A DNA stretch of 64,000 bases from Escherichia coli (lineage in GTDB: Bacteria; Pseudomonadota; Gammaproteobacteria; Enterobacterales; Enterobacteriaceae): assembly GCF_002854065.1 (NCBI RefSeq), contig NZ_CP024147.1, one strand, 5' to 3'. A program made the position numbers and the translations under genes. Below the pieces are notes generated by a model. That model made no database searches. It worked only from the letters and a program-made list of their open reading frames with translations, and was not told where the DNA came from. Of the stretch, positions 1-10,543 are shown piece after piece. How positions within the stretch are numbered: position 1 is the stretch's first letter; every line of letters begins with the position of its first letter.

Positions 1-76
1 GGGCAGGTGAAAGATTGCTCTGGTCACGGCGTAAAAATTCAATGGCCAGCTGGGTGGGATCAAGTTGAGTAGACAT
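1..76 (-). CDS. ydiH: 5' end of a small ORF truncated by the window edge (about 25 codons, MSTQLDPTQLAIEFLRRDQSNLSPA...), position matches ydiH
   Basis: ATG at 74..76 on minus strand preceded by GAGGA Shine-Dalgarno; synteny upstream of menI. Confidence 0.45.
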   Translation of the reverse strand, partial: MSTQLDPTQLAIEFLRRDQSNLSPA

Positions 77-175
77 AGCATCCTCGCTTTTAGACAAGAC
101 CTGCACAGTATACCACCGTTTACTGTGCAGATAATGACCAAAAGCAATATGCGTCACACTTTTCTGGTGACAACG

Positions 176-586
176 TCACAAAATGGCGGTCGTCAATCGT
201 GACGAACAGCACAAACGCCCTTTCTCATCGAAGATTTCAATCTGCCAGACCTGGTGACGCGAACCGAGATGCAACGGTTTGCATACGCCGCGCACCCGCC
301 CTTCTCGTGCCGAGCGGACATGGTTAGCATTGATTTCCAGACCAACCACTTTTTGCTCACCTTCGGTACATAAATAACCGGCAACGGAACCGATACTTTC
401 GGCCAGTACCACGGATGCACCTCCATGTAGCAACCCGAAAAGCTGCTTTGTCCGCGAGTCTACTGGCATTGTCGCTTCAAGGGTGTCATCACCAATATGT
501 TCAAAGCGAATATCCAGTAACCCCACCATGTTTCCTTCACCCATGGCATTCAGTGCTTCCAGGGTGATTTTTCGTTTCCATATCAT
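176..586 (-). CDS. menI: 1,4-dihydroxy-2-naphthoyl-CoA thioesterase (hotdog-fold, PaaI family)
   Basis: 136-aa ORF in track; sequence recognised as YdiI/MenI; synteny. Confidence 0.9.
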   Translation of the reverse strand: MIWKRKITLEALNAMGEGNMVGLLDIRFEHIGDDTLEATMPVDSRTKQLFGLLHGGASVVLAESIGSVAGYLCTEGEQKVVGLEINANHVRSAREGRVRGVCKPLHLGSRHQVWQIEIFDEKGRLCCSSRLTTAIL

Positions 587-3500
587 TTAATAATCTCCAG
601 TAAAGCCTGCACAGGATGGCGTACCCCCGTGCCTTCAACCCGTTTGACCTGACTACGGCAGGAATATCCGGTCGCCAGACAGCGGTTACGCGGCAGTCGC
701 TGCATAGCCTGATGCCAGGATAACTCATAGATCCCGAGCGAATTTTTATGGTTTTTCGCTTCATGTCCGTAAGTCCCTGCCATGCCGCAGCAACCCACGC
801 TGACATTTTCCAGTTTCGCGCCAAAACGGGCAAATATCGCGGCCCATTGTGCTGGCGCACCCGGCAAGGCGGTAACTTCGGTACAGTGACCAAAGAAATA
901 CCATGATTCACCGCTGACTGTAGCCACTGGCTGTGACTCAAGTGCGCTTGCCAGCCATTCATTCGCCAGTAAGACGTTAAACTCGCCACGTTCCTCGCCC
1001 AGTGCCAGTTTATATTCATCGCGATAACAAAGTACCAGCGCCGGATCGACGCCTACCATTGGCATACCCAGCTTCGCCATACGGTTGAGGAAATCCGCCG
1101 TCTTTTTCGCCGTCTTCGCAAAACGATTAAGAAAACCTTTAATATGCTGGGCTTTGCCATTTGGCGAAAATGGCAGTAACACAGGCTGGAAACCTAATTT
1201 TTCGACCAGACGGACAAAATCCGCCACCACTTGCGCATCGTAATAGCTGGTAAAGGGGTCCTGCACCACCAACACCGTGCGCGCTTTCTGCTCTGCATTG
1301 AGAGCTTCAAGCTGTTCCAGCGTCATGTTTGCCGAGCGATGCCCCACCATTTGTTGTTGTAGCGAGGGGACCGACAGCAGCGGCAAATCAACCATGCCGA
1401 TATGTTTTTCCGAGAGTTTGCGCATCAGCGGCTGGTTAATGAAGAAGTTAAAGGTTTTCGGCGCGCGTGCCATCAGCGGTGCGTAGCTCTCGACCGTAGC
1501 GACGAGGTGGTCGCGCAGCGGACGTAAATAACGGGTGTGATAGAGCTGCAGGAAACGAGAGCGAAACTCCGGCACATCAATTTTGATGGGGCACTGGGTC
1601 GAACAAGCTTTACAGGCCAGACAGCCCGACATCGCCTCTTTGACTTCGTGTGAGAAGTCATATTCGCCTTTATTCGCATGCCAGCTATTGCGCGTGCGGG
1701 CAATTAACGTCCGCAAACTGACGCCGGATTCAGGCAGTTCTTGTTCCAGTTTGAGTGGATCAACGCCGCGATCCGCCAACAAACGCAGCCATTCACGCAC
1801 CAGCGTTGCGCGCCCTTTCGGTGAATGAATCCGGTTCTGGGTGATCTTCATCGACGGACACATCGGACTACGGGCATCAAAGTTGAAGCATAAACCGTTG
1901 CCGTTACACTCCATCGCACCGCGCCACTGCTGGCGTACCGCAATGGGGATCTGCCGATCGAATGTACCGCGCTTCACCGCGTCCACTTTCATCATCGGCG
2001 CATCGAGACCTTCTGGCGGGCAAATCTTCCCTGGGTTGAGTCGGTTATGCGGGTCAAATGCCGCTTTCACTTTGCGCAGTTCTGCAAAAAGTTCCTCACC
2101 GAAAAACGCCGGGCTGTATTCAGCGCGAAAACCTTTGCCGTGCTCGCCCCACAACAAACCACCGTATTTCGCAGTCAGCGCCACCACGTCATCAGAAATT
2201 TGCTTCATCAAAATCTCTTGTTGCGGATCGCACATATCCAGTGCCGGACGGACGTGCAACACCCCAGCATCGACATGACCAAACATGCCATAACTTAAGC
2301 CGTGGCTGTCGAGCAGCGCGCGAAATTCAGCAATATAATCGGCCAGATGTTCCGGCGGTACGCAGGTATCCTCAGCAAACGGAATTGGCTTAGCGGCACC
2401 TTTGGCATTGCCAAGCAGACCAACGGCTTTTTTGCGCATTGCATAGATACGTTCAACCCCCGCCAGCTCACGGCACACCTGCCAGCCGATGACACCTGCT
2501 TGATGACTGGCGATCAGCTCATCCAACCGCGCACAGAGTGCATTTACCCGCTCATCAATCAGCGCCTCATCATCACCAGCAAATTCCACAATGTTCAGCC
2601 CGAGCATCTCTTGGTCAGGCACATCGGTAATCAACTCGCTGACGGAATGCCAGACAATATCTTCCCGCGCCAGATTCAGCACTTTTGAGTCCACCGTCTC
2701 TACCGAAAGCGCCCGCGCCTCAACCATAAACGGCGCGTTACGCAGCGCAGAGTCAAAAGAGTCATATTTGACGTTCACCAGACGGCGCACTTTAGGCAAG
2801 CGCGTAATATCCAGCCGCGCTTCGGTAATAAAGGCCAGCGTCCCTTCTGAACCCGTCAGAATGCGCGTCAGGTCGAACTCGGTCATCTCATCGTTAAAGA
2901 CATGACGCAGATCGTAACCGGTAAGAAAGCGGTTAAGTTTGGGGAAGTTGTCGATAATTAACTGGCGTTGCTGACGGCAACGTTGATAAACCGTGTTATA
3001 AATTCGCCCGATTGCGGTATTGGTTTTACCCAGCGTTTCCGCCAGTTCGACGGGTAAAGGTTGCGTATCGAGAATATCGCCCCCCAACAACACCGCGCGT
3101 ACGCCAAGTACGTGATCTGACGTTTTGCCATAGACCAGCGATCCCTGACCGGATGCATCGGTATTGATCATCCCGCCGAGCGTTGCCCGGTTGCTGGTCG
3201 AAAGTTCTGGTGCAAAAAAGTAGCCGAACGGTTTCAGGTACTGATTGAGTTGGTCTTTTATCACCCCGGCCTCAACGCGCACCCAGCCCTCTTCAGGGTT
3301 AATTTCGATGATGCGGTTCATATGGCGGGACATATCAACAATAATCCCCTGGTTGAGCGCCTGACCGTTAGTGCCGGTGCCGCCGCCGCGGGGGGTAAAG
3401 ATCAGCGATGAATAGCGTTCCTGCGCGGCAAGACGGGCGATCAGCGCCACATCTGCGGTTGAACGCGGAAATACCACCGCATCGGGGAGAAGTTGGTAAA

Positions 3501-3639
3501 TACTGTTGTCGGTCGACATTGTCAGACGATCGGCATAACTTGTCGCCGTATCGCCGGTAAAACCTTGTTGCTCCAGCTCTTGCAAAAAATTAAGCACCAG
3601 TTGAACGACTCCGGGTGCCTGGGAAATCTGTGGAATCAT
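583..3639 (-). CDS. ydiJ: large FAD-linked oxidoreductase with C-terminal Cys-rich Fe-S domain, 1018 aa
   Basis: Track ORF 583..3711 trimmed to internal ATG (MIPQISQ...) giving 1018 aa; overlaps menI start by 4 bp. Confidence 0.85.
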   Translation of the reverse strand: MIPQISQAPGVVQLVLNFLQELEQQGFTGDTATSYADRLTMSTDNSIYQLLPDAVVFPRSTADVALIARLAAQERYSSLIFTPRGGGTGTNGQALNQGIIVDMSRHMNRIIEINPEEGWVRVEAGVIKDQLNQYLKPFGYFFAPELSTSNRATLGGMINTDASGQGSLVYGKTSDHVLGVRAVLLGGDILDTQPLPVELAETLGKTNTAIGRIYNTVYQRCRQQRQLIIDNFPKLNRFLTGYDLRHVFNDEMTEFDLTRILTGSEGTLAFITEARLDITRLPKVRRLVNVKYDSFDSALRNAPFMVEARALSVETVDSKVLNLAREDIVWHSVSELITDVPDQEMLGLNIVEFAGDDEALIDERVNALCARLDELIASHQAGVIGWQVCRELAGVERIYAMRKKAVGLLGNAKGAAKPIPFAEDTCVPPEHLADYIAEFRALLDSHGLSYGMFGHVDAGVLHVRPALDMCDPQQEILMKQISDDVVALTAKYGGLLWGEHGKGFRAEYSPAFFGEELFAELRKVKAAFDPHNRLNPGKICPPEGLDAPMMKVDAVKRGTFDRQIPIAVRQQWRGAMECNGNGLCFNFDARSPMCPSMKITQNRIHSPKGRATLVREWLRLLADRGVDPLKLEQELPESGVSLRTLIARTRNSWHANKGEYDFSHEVKEAMSGCLACKACSTQCPIKIDVPEFRSRFLQLYHTRYLRPLRDHLVATVESYAPLMARAPKTFNFFINQPLMRKLSEKHIGMVDLPLLSVPSLQQQMVGHRSANMTLEQLEALNAEQKARTVLVVQDPFTSYYDAQVVADFVRLVEKLGFQPVLLPFSPNGKAQHIKGFLNRFAKTAKKTADFLNRMAKLGMPMVGVDPALVLCYRDEYKLALGEERGEFNVLLANEWLASALESQPVATVSGESWYFFGHCTEVTALPGAPAQWAAIFARFGAKLENVSVGCCGMAGTYGHEAKNHKNSLGIYELSWHQAMQRLPRNRCLATGYSCRSQVKRVEGTGVRHPVQALLEIIK

Positions 3640-4027
3640 TATATTGACCCTTTCCTGCGGTCTGTGATGTAGGTCGATACACTGTTCTTTCAGGCGGCTG
3701 CAATAGCGCACAGAAAGGTGATGTTTATTTACTCTATGGATTTCGAGTTGCAGGAAGGCGGCAAGCGAGTGAACTCCAGGAGCTTACAACAGTAAGTAAC
3801 TGGGGTGAACGAACGTAGCCGCAGCATATGCAACTTGAAATACGACGAGTAAATCGTTTGCGTGTTGCCTGAGTTGTTGTACCACATTTTTTTCTAACAC
3901 GCCCATCAGAATTAAGGGCAGAATCGGCCTGTTAAAAACCGCTGAAATTGCTCATCATTATGCAGGTGAGTTTCGCGTGTTCACGTCGCGTCGACGATTT
4001 GACGCACAAAAAAGGTGAAAAGTAGTT

Positions 4028-5140
4028 ATGGTAAATGTTCGTCAGCCCAGGGATGTCGCACAAATTCTGCTTTCGGTGCTGTTTTTAGCCATCATGATTG
4101 TGGCATGTCTGTGGATTGTTCAACCCTTTATTCTCGGCTTTGCATGGGCCGGTACGGTGGTTATCGCCACCTGGCCGGTATTGTTACGTTTGCAAAAGAT
4201 CATGTTTGGCCGCCGCTCTCTCGCCGTTCTGGTTATGACGCTGTTATTAGTGATGGTGTTTATCATCCCTATTGCTTTGCTGGTTAACAGTATCGTCGAC
4301 GGCAGCGGCCCGCTTATTAAAGCCATTTCCAGCGGTGACATGACGTTACCCGATCTGGCGTGGCTTAATACCATTCCGGTGATTGGCGCGAAGCTGTATG
4401 CAGGCTGGCACAACTTGCTGGATATGGGGGGGACGGCGATCATGGCGAAAGTCCGCCCTTATATTGGTACCACCACCACCTGGTTCGTTGGGCAAGCGGC
4501 GCATATCGGGCGCTTTATGGTGCATTGTGCGCTGATGCTTCTCTTCAGTGCCCTGCTGTACTGGCGCGGTGAACAGGTGGCACAAGGCATTCGCCATTTT
4601 GCAACCCGTCTGGCAGGCGTTCGCGGAGATGCCGCCGTGCTGCTGGCGGCACAGGCTATCCGCGCGGTGGCGCTGGGTGTGGTGGTGACGGCGTTAGTAC
4701 AGGCAGTGCTTGGCGGTATCGGCCTCGCCGTATCCGGCGTACCTTATGCAACGTTGCTAACGGTGTTAATGATCCTCTCCTGCCTTGTCCAGCTTGGCCC
4801 GTTGCCGGTACTGATTCCGGCGATTATCTGGCTCTACTGGACCGGCGATACCACCTGGGGAACGGTATTGTTAGTGTGGAGCGGTGTGGTTGGCACGCTG
4901 GATAACGTCATCCGCCCAATGTTAATTCGCATGGGTGCCGATTTACCGCTGATCCTGATCCTCTCTGGCGTTATTGGTGGTTTGATTGCTTTCGGGATGA
5001 TCGGTCTGTTTATTGGTCCGGTTCTGTTAGCCGTTTCCTGGCGTCTGTTTGCCGCGTGGGTGGAAGAAGTCCCGCCGCCGACGGACCAACCGGAAGAAAT
5101 TCTCGAAGAACTTGGCGAAATCGAGAAACCGAATAAGTAA
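4028..5140 (+). CDS. ydiK: inner-membrane AI-2E/UPF0118 family transporter
   Basis: 370-aa hydrophobic ORF; synteny. Confidence 0.85.
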   Translation: MVNVRQPRDVAQILLSVLFLAIMIVACLWIVQPFILGFAWAGTVVIATWPVLLRLQKIMFGRRSLAVLVMTLLLVMVFIIPIALLVNSIVDGSGPLIKAISSGDMTLPDLAWLNTIPVIGAKLYAGWHNLLDMGGTAIMAKVRPYIGTTTTWFVGQAAHIGRFMVHCALMLLFSALLYWRGEQVAQGIRHFATRLAGVRGDAAVLLAAQAIRAVALGVVVTALVQAVLGGIGLAVSGVPYATLLTVLMILSCLVQLGPLPVLIPAIIWLYWTGDTTWGTVLLVWSGVVGTLDNVIRPMLIRMGADLPLILILSGVIGGLIAFGMIGLFIGPVLLAVSWRLFAAWVEEVPPPTDQPEEILEELGEIEKPNK

Positions 5141-5147
5141 TTTCTCA

Positions 5148-5173
5148 TCAGGCGGCTCTGCCGCCTGATTGTT
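5148..5173 (+). terminator. possible intrinsic terminator after ydiK (GC stem caggcggc/gccgcctg, weak T tract)
   Basis: Inverted repeat read directly 8 bp after ydiK stop. Confidence 0.4.
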
Positions 5174-5325
5174 AACCACCGCTAATTGATATTTGCTTGC
5201 TCTTCCCCATATTTTCCTGCTTACCGCCATTCAGCTGGTAGTACCTGTCGCAAATTCTTTACAGTTTTTAAACTAATGAGACGAATCTGATCGACGCAAA
5301 AAGTCCGTATGCCTACTATTAGCTC

Positions 5326-5430
5326 ACGGTTATAAATCAACATATTGATTTATAAGCATGGAAATCCCCTGAGTGAAACAACGAATTGCTGTGTGTAGTC
5401 TTTGCCCATCTCCCACGATGGGCTTTTTTT
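5326..5430 (+). ncRNA. rprA: RprA small regulatory RNA (Hfq-dependent activator of rpoS translation)
   Basis: Sequence ACGGTTATAAATCAACATATTGATTTATAAGCATGGAAATCCCCTGAGTGAAACAACGAATTGCTGTGTGTAGTCTTTGCCCATCTCCCACGATGGGCTTTTTTT matches RprA as I recall it, ending in hairpin plus T8 terminator. Confidence 0.85.
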
Positions 5431-5568
5431 TAACATTTTTCCGCTTCGCTACCTCGCCCCTCACTCTTTCCAATAATGTTGCACAAGATACTGTGACTCT
5501 CTTCAAGCCGTCAGCAGGCTGATAATGTTATTTATATTTTATTGTTTATTTCATGCAGCCATTACACG

Positions 5569-5925
5569 ATGAACGCTTATGAACTCCAGGCACTCCGCCA
5601 TATTTTTGCCATGACTATTGATGAATGCGCGACCTGGATTGCCCAGACCGGTGACAGTGAAAGCTGGCGTCAGTGGGAAAATGGCAAATGCGCCATTCCT
5701 GATCGTGTAGTCGAGCAACTGTTGGCTATGCGTCAGCAACGAAAAAAACATCTTCATGCCATTATAGAGAAAATAAATAACCGCATCGGCAACAACACCA
5801 TGCGTTTTTTCCCCGACTTAACCGCGTTTCAACGTGTCTACCCGGATGGCAATTTTATTGACTGGAAGATCTATCAATCGGTAGCCGCTGAATTATATGC
5901 ACACGATCTGGAGCGGCTTTGTTAA
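5569..5925 (+). CDS. ydiL: uncharacterised protein YdiL (118 aa)
   Basis: Track ORF 5542..5925 (TTG start) trimmed to ATG at 5569 (MNAYELQ...). Confidence 0.7.
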   Translation: MNAYELQALRHIFAMTIDECATWIAQTGDSESWRQWENGKCAIPDRVVEQLLAMRQQRKKHLHAIIEKINNRIGNNTMRFFPDLTAFQRVYPDGNFIDWKIYQSVAAELYAHDLERLC

Positions 5926-6024
5926 TTTCTCCACAAAAAGGAATTGTCGTTGTTACAACAATAATGAACGGATACTGACACAAAATCGCTACACTTTTTA
6001 AAGCACCTTTGCTAAGTAGAACCT

Positions 6025-7239
6025 ATGAAAAATCCCTATTACCCTACCGCACTTGGGTTGTATTTTAATTACCTGGTGCATGGTATGGGCGTCATTTTGA
6101 TGAGCCTGAATATGGCCTCGCTGGAGACACTTTGGCAGACTAATGCCGCGGGTGTCTCGATAGTTATCTCATCGCTGGGCATTGGTCGATTAAGTGTCTT
6201 GCTTTTTGCAGGATTATTATCCGATCGCTTTGGTCGCCGCCCTTTTATCATGCTCGGGATGTGCTGCTATATGGCCTTCTTTTTTGGCATCCTGCAGACC
6301 AATAACATCATTATTGCTTATGTTTTTGGCTTTCTGGCGGGAATGGCAAACAGTTTTCTCGATGCAGGCACTTATCCCAGTTTGATGGAAGCTTTTCCAC
6401 GCTCACCTGGGACAGCCAATATTTTAATTAAAGCATTTGTTTCCAGCGGACAATTTTTATTACCGCTAATCATTAGCCTGTTAGTGTGGGCTGAACTGTG
6501 GTTCGGTTGGTCCTTTATGATTGCTGCAGGCATTATGTTTATTAACGCTCTGTTTTTATACCGTTGTACGTTCCCACCCCATCCGGGTCGTCGCTTACCT
6601 GTCATAAAGAAAACCACCAGCTCTACGGAACATCGCTGTTCAATTATCGATTTAGCCAGTTATACCTTATATGGCTATATCTCAATGGCAACGTTTTATC
6701 TGGTTAGCCAGTGGCTGGCACAGTACGGACAATTTGTTGCAGGCATGTCATACACTATGTCGATCAAACTACTTAGTATCTACACCGTGGGTTCGCTGCT
6801 TTGTGTATTTATTACCGCTCCACTCATTCGTAATACCGTTCGCCCAACAACATTACTGATGCTGTACACCTTTATCTCATTTATTGCTCTGTTTACCGTC
6901 TGCCTGCATCCCACATTTTATGTGGTGATAATATTTGCTTTTGTCATTGGTTTTACCTCTGCTGGAGGTGTTGTGCAAATTGGCCTGACGTTAATGGCTG
7001 AACGTTTCCCCTACGCTAAAGGTAAAGCTACAGGTATCTATTACAGTGCGGGCAGTATTGCGACCTTTACTATTCCGTTGATTACGGCTCATCTGTCCCA
7101 AAGAAGTATTGCCGATATTATGTGGTTCGATACCGCCATCGCTGCCATCGGCTTTTTACTGGCACTGTTTATCGGCTTACGCAGCCGCAAAAAAACGCGG
7201 CATCACTCGCTAAAGGAAAATGTCGCTCCGGGTGGGTAA
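6025..7239 (+). CDS. ydiM: MFS transporter
   Basis: 404-aa polytopic membrane ORF; synteny next to ydiN/ydiB/aroD. Confidence 0.85.
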   Translation: MKNPYYPTALGLYFNYLVHGMGVILMSLNMASLETLWQTNAAGVSIVISSLGIGRLSVLLFAGLLSDRFGRRPFIMLGMCCYMAFFFGILQTNNIIIAYVFGFLAGMANSFLDAGTYPSLMEAFPRSPGTANILIKAFVSSGQFLLPLIISLLVWAELWFGWSFMIAAGIMFINALFLYRCTFPPHPGRRLPVIKKTTSSTEHRCSIIDLASYTLYGYISMATFYLVSQWLAQYGQFVAGMSYTMSIKLLSIYTVGSLLCVFITAPLIRNTVRPTTLLMLYTFISFIALFTVCLHPTFYVVIIFAFVIGFTSAGGVVQIGLTLMAERFPYAKGKATGIYYSAGSIATFTIPLITAHLSQRSIADIMWFDTAIAAIGFLLALFIGLRSRKKTRHHSLKENVAPGG

Positions 7240-7465
7240 TGCAATATTCTTTTCAGGTCATGCAAGATCTTACGGATAAATAACTCTTTCTGCGCTAACT
7301 AAGGAAAATCGCGATCAAAAACAAACTATGACATGCAATATTCCTGGAAACATAAACTTTATGCCATGTACCCAGGGAAAATCATCTTCAGTATAGTAAT
7401 TATGTAAACCGTCGGAGAACAATACGTACGGTAACGAAATAATCTTTCAGCAAGGAGCTGTGAAA

Positions 7466-8731
7466 ATGTCTCAAAATAAGGCTTTCAGCACGCCATTTAT
7501 CCTGGCTGTTCTTTGTATTTACTTCAGCTACTTCCTGCACGGCATTAGTGTTATTACGCTTGCCCAAAATATGTCATCTCTGGCGGAAAAGTTTTCCACT
7601 GACAACGCGGGCATTGCCTACTTAATTTCCGGTATCGGTTTGGGGCGATTGATCAGTATTTTATTCTTCGGTGTGATCTCCGATAAGTTTGGTCGTCGGG
7701 CGGTGATATTAATGGCAGTAATAATGTATCTGCTATTCTTCTTTGGTATTCCCGCTTGCCCGAATTTAACTCTCGCCTACGGTCTGGCAGTGTGCGTAGG
7801 TATCGCTAACTCAGCGCTGGATACGGGTGGCTACCCCGCGCTCATGGAATGCTTTCCGAAAGCCTCTGGTTCGGCGGTCATACTGGTTAAAGCGATGGTG
7901 TCATTCGGGCAAATGTTCTACCCAATGCTGGTGAGCTATATGTTGCTCAATAATATCTGGTACGGCTATGGGCTGATTATTCCGGGTATTCTGTTTGTAC
8001 TGATCACGCTGATGCTGTTGAAAAGCAAATTCCCCAGCCAGTTGGTGGACGCCAGCGTAGCTAATGAATTACCGCAAATGAACAGCAAACCGTTAGTCTG
8101 GCTGGAAGGTGTTTCATCGGTACTGTTCGGTGTAGTCGCATTCTCGACCTTTTATGTGATTGTGGTGTGGATGCCCAAATATGCGATGGCTTTTGCTGGT
8201 ATGTCAGAAGCTGAGGCATTAAAAACCATCTCTTATTACAGTATGGGCTCGTTGGTCTGTGTCTTTATTTTTGCCGCACTACTGAAAAAAATGGTCCGGC
8301 CCATCTGGGCTAATGTATTTAACTCTGCACTGGCAACAATAACAGCAGCCATTATCTACCTGTACCCTTCTCCACTGGTGTGTAATGCCGGCGCCTTTGT
8401 TATCGGTTTCTCAGCAGCTGGCGGCATTTTACAGCTCGGTGTTTCGGTCATGTCAGAGTTTTTCCCAAAAAGCAAAGCCAAAGTCACCAGTATTTATATG
8501 ATGATGGGTGGACTGGCTAACTTTGTTATTCCGCTGATTACCGGTTATCTGTCGAACATCGGCCTGCAATATATCATTGTTCTCGATTTTACTTTCGCGC
8601 TGCTGGCCCTGATTACCGCAATTATTGTTTTTATCCGCTATTACCGCGTTTTTATTATTCCTGAGAATGATGTGCGGTTTGGCGAGCGCAAATTTAGCAC
8701 CCGGTTAAACACAATTAAGCATAGAGGTTAA
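7466..8731 (+). CDS. ydiN: MFS transporter (paralog of ydiM)
   Basis: Track ORF 7460..8731 (GTG start); ATG at 7466 preferred; AGGAG RBS upstream. Confidence 0.85.
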   Translation: MSQNKAFSTPFILAVLCIYFSYFLHGISVITLAQNMSSLAEKFSTDNAGIAYLISGIGLGRLISILFFGVISDKFGRRAVILMAVIMYLLFFFGIPACPNLTLAYGLAVCVGIANSALDTGGYPALMECFPKASGSAVILVKAMVSFGQMFYPMLVSYMLLNNIWYGYGLIIPGILFVLITLMLLKSKFPSQLVDASVANELPQMNSKPLVWLEGVSSVLFGVVAFSTFYVIVVWMPKYAMAFAGMSEAEALKTISYYSMGSLVCVFIFAALLKKMVRPIWANVFNSALATITAAIIYLYPSPLVCNAGAFVIGFSAAGGILQLGVSVMSEFFPKSKAKVTSIYMMMGGLANFVIPLITGYLSNIGLQYIIVLDFTFALLALITAIIVFIRYYRVFIIPENDVRFGERKFSTRLNTIKHRG

Positions 8732-8742
8732 AGGAGTTAATT

Positions 8743-9609
8743 ATGGATGTTACCGCAAAATACGAATTGATTGGGTTGATGGCTTATCCTATCCGCCACA
8801 GTTTATCGCCTGAAATGCAGAATAAAGCCTTAGAAAAAGCGGGATTGCCATTTACCTATATGGCCTTCGAAGTGGATAACGATAGCTTTCCCGGAGCAAT
8901 TGAAGGATTAAAAGCTCTAAAAATGCGCGGAACTGGTGTATCAATGCCGAACAAACAACTGGCGTGTGAATATGTTGATGAATTAACGCCAGCAGCCAAA
9001 CTGGTGGGTGCCATCAACACCATCGTTAATGATGATGGCTACCTGCGCGGCTATAACACCGACGGCACGGGCCATATTCGCGCCATTAAAGAGAGCGGTT
9101 TTGATATCAAAGGCAAAACAATGGTGCTGTTAGGGGCCGGAGGTGCCTCAACGGCGATTGGCGCGCAGGGGGCAATTGAAGGTTTAAAAGAAATTAAACT
9201 CTTTAACCGTCGGGATGAGTTCTTCGATAAAGCCCTCGCCTTCGCGCAGCGGGTTAACGAAAACACCGATTGTGTCGTCACGGTTACCGATCTCGCCGAT
9301 CAGCAAGCCTTTGCTGAAGCCCTGGCTTTCGCCGACATTTTAACCAATGGCACAAAAGTGGGTATGAACCCCCTTGAGAATGAATCATTGGTTAATGATA
9401 TCAGTCTGTTACATCCGGGACTGCTGGTCACTGAATGCGTGTATAACCCGCATATGACGAAGTTATTGCAGCAGGCGCAACAAGCTGGTTGCAAAACGAT
9501 TGATGGATACGGCATGTTGTTGTGGCAAGGGGCTGAACAGTTCACGTTATGGACTGGCAAAGATTTCCCTCTGGAATATGTTAAACAGGTCATGGGGTTC
9601 GGTGCCTGA
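8743..9609 (+). CDS. ydiB: quinate/shikimate 5-dehydrogenase, NAD(P)-dependent
   Basis: 288-aa ORF; shikimate dehydrogenase family sequence; adjacent to aroD. Confidence 0.9.
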   Translation: MDVTAKYELIGLMAYPIRHSLSPEMQNKALEKAGLPFTYMAFEVDNDSFPGAIEGLKALKMRGTGVSMPNKQLACEYVDELTPAAKLVGAINTIVNDDGYLRGYNTDGTGHIRAIKESGFDIKGKTMVLLGAGGASTAIGAQGAIEGLKEIKLFNRRDEFFDKALAFAQRVNENTDCVVTVTDLADQQAFAEALAFADILTNGTKVGMNPLENESLVNDISLLHPGLLVTECVYNPHMTKLLQQAQQAGCKTIDGYGMLLWQGAEQFTLWTGKDFPLEYVKQVMGFGA

Positions 9610-9639
9610 CAGGCTGACCGCGTGCAGAAAGGGTAAAAA

Positions 9640-10398
9640 ATGAAAACCGTAACTGTAAAAGATCTCGTCATTGGTGCGGGCGCACCTAAAATCATCGTCT
9701 CGCTGATGGCGAAAGATATCGCCCGCGTGAAATCCGAAGCTCTCGCCTATCGTGAAGCGGACTTTGATATTCTGGAATGGCGTGTGGACCACTTTGCCGA
9801 CCTCTCCAATGTGGAGTCTGTCATGGCGGCAGCAAAAATTCTCCGTGAAACCATGCCAGAAAAACCGCTGCTGTTTACCTTCCGCAGTGCCAAAGAAGGC
9901 GGCGAGCAGGCGATTTCCACCGAGGCTTATATTGCACTCAATCGTGCAGCCATCGACAGCGGCCTGGTTGATATGATCGATCTGGAGTTATTTACCGGCG
10001 ATGATCAGGTTAAAGAAACCGTCGCCTACGCCCACGCGCATGATGTGAAAGTTGTCATGTCCAACCATGACTTCCATAAAACGCCGGAAGCCGAAGAAAT
10101 CATTGCCCGTCTGCGCAAAATGCAATCCTTCGACGCCGATATTCCTAAGATTGCGCTGATGCCGCAAAGTACCAGCGATGTGCTGACGTTGCTTGCCGCG
10201 ACCCTGGAGATGCAGGAGCAGTATGCCGATCGTCCAATCATCACGATGTCAATGGCAAAAACTGGCGTAATTTCTCGTCTGGCTGGTGAAGTATTTGGCT
10301 CGGCGGCAACTTTTGGTGCGGTAAAAAAAGCCTCTGCGCCAGGGCAAATCTCGGTAAATGATTTGCGCACAGTATTAACTATTTTACATCAGGCATAA
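9640..10398 (+). CDS. aroD: 3-dehydroquinate dehydratase type I
   Basis: 252-aa ORF recognised as AroD. Confidence 0.95.
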   Translation: MKTVTVKDLVIGAGAPKIIVSLMAKDIARVKSEALAYREADFDILEWRVDHFADLSNVESVMAAAKILRETMPEKPLLFTFRSAKEGGEQAISTEAYIALNRAAIDSGLVDMIDLELFTGDDQVKETVAYAHAHDVKVVMSNHDFHKTPEAEEIIARLRKMQSFDADIPKIALMPQSTSDVLTLLAATLEMQEQYADRPIITMSMAKTGVISRLAGEVFGSAATFGAVKKASAPGQISVNDLRTVLTILHQA

Positions 10399-10543
10399 GC
10401 AATAATATTTCGGCGGGAATATCCTCCCCCGCCGAACTAAAAAAAATATATTCAACCGTATTTAATAAAAATATTTCGTGAGTCTCTGTGCGCTAATTAT
10501 CCATCTGGCGTAGGGAAAATCACACCTGAATCAGGAATTAACA

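Noticed and set aside
583-3711. Longer 1042-aa version of ydiJ and similar N-terminal extensions of ydiO (12099), ydiQ (14475), aroH (24046), pheS, rpmI, chbF, ves, cedA, ydiL, ydjM
   Set aside because: The internal start with a Shine-Dalgarno and the expected protein length was preferred; the extensions are probably artefacts of longest-ORF calling.
4015-4287. 90-aa plus-strand ORF overlapping the start of ydiK in another frame
   Set aside because: Out of frame with ydiK, which has a clear membrane-protein signature; likely spurious.
5281-5325. Possible RcsB box in the rprA promoter
   Set aside because: Known to exist but I could not match a clear consensus by eye.
10408-10440. GC-rich inverted repeat (cggcggg...cccgccg) after aroD as a possible terminator
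   Set aside because: The stem is followed by an A-run rather than a T-run on the plus strand, so it does not fit an intrinsic terminator for aroD cleanly.
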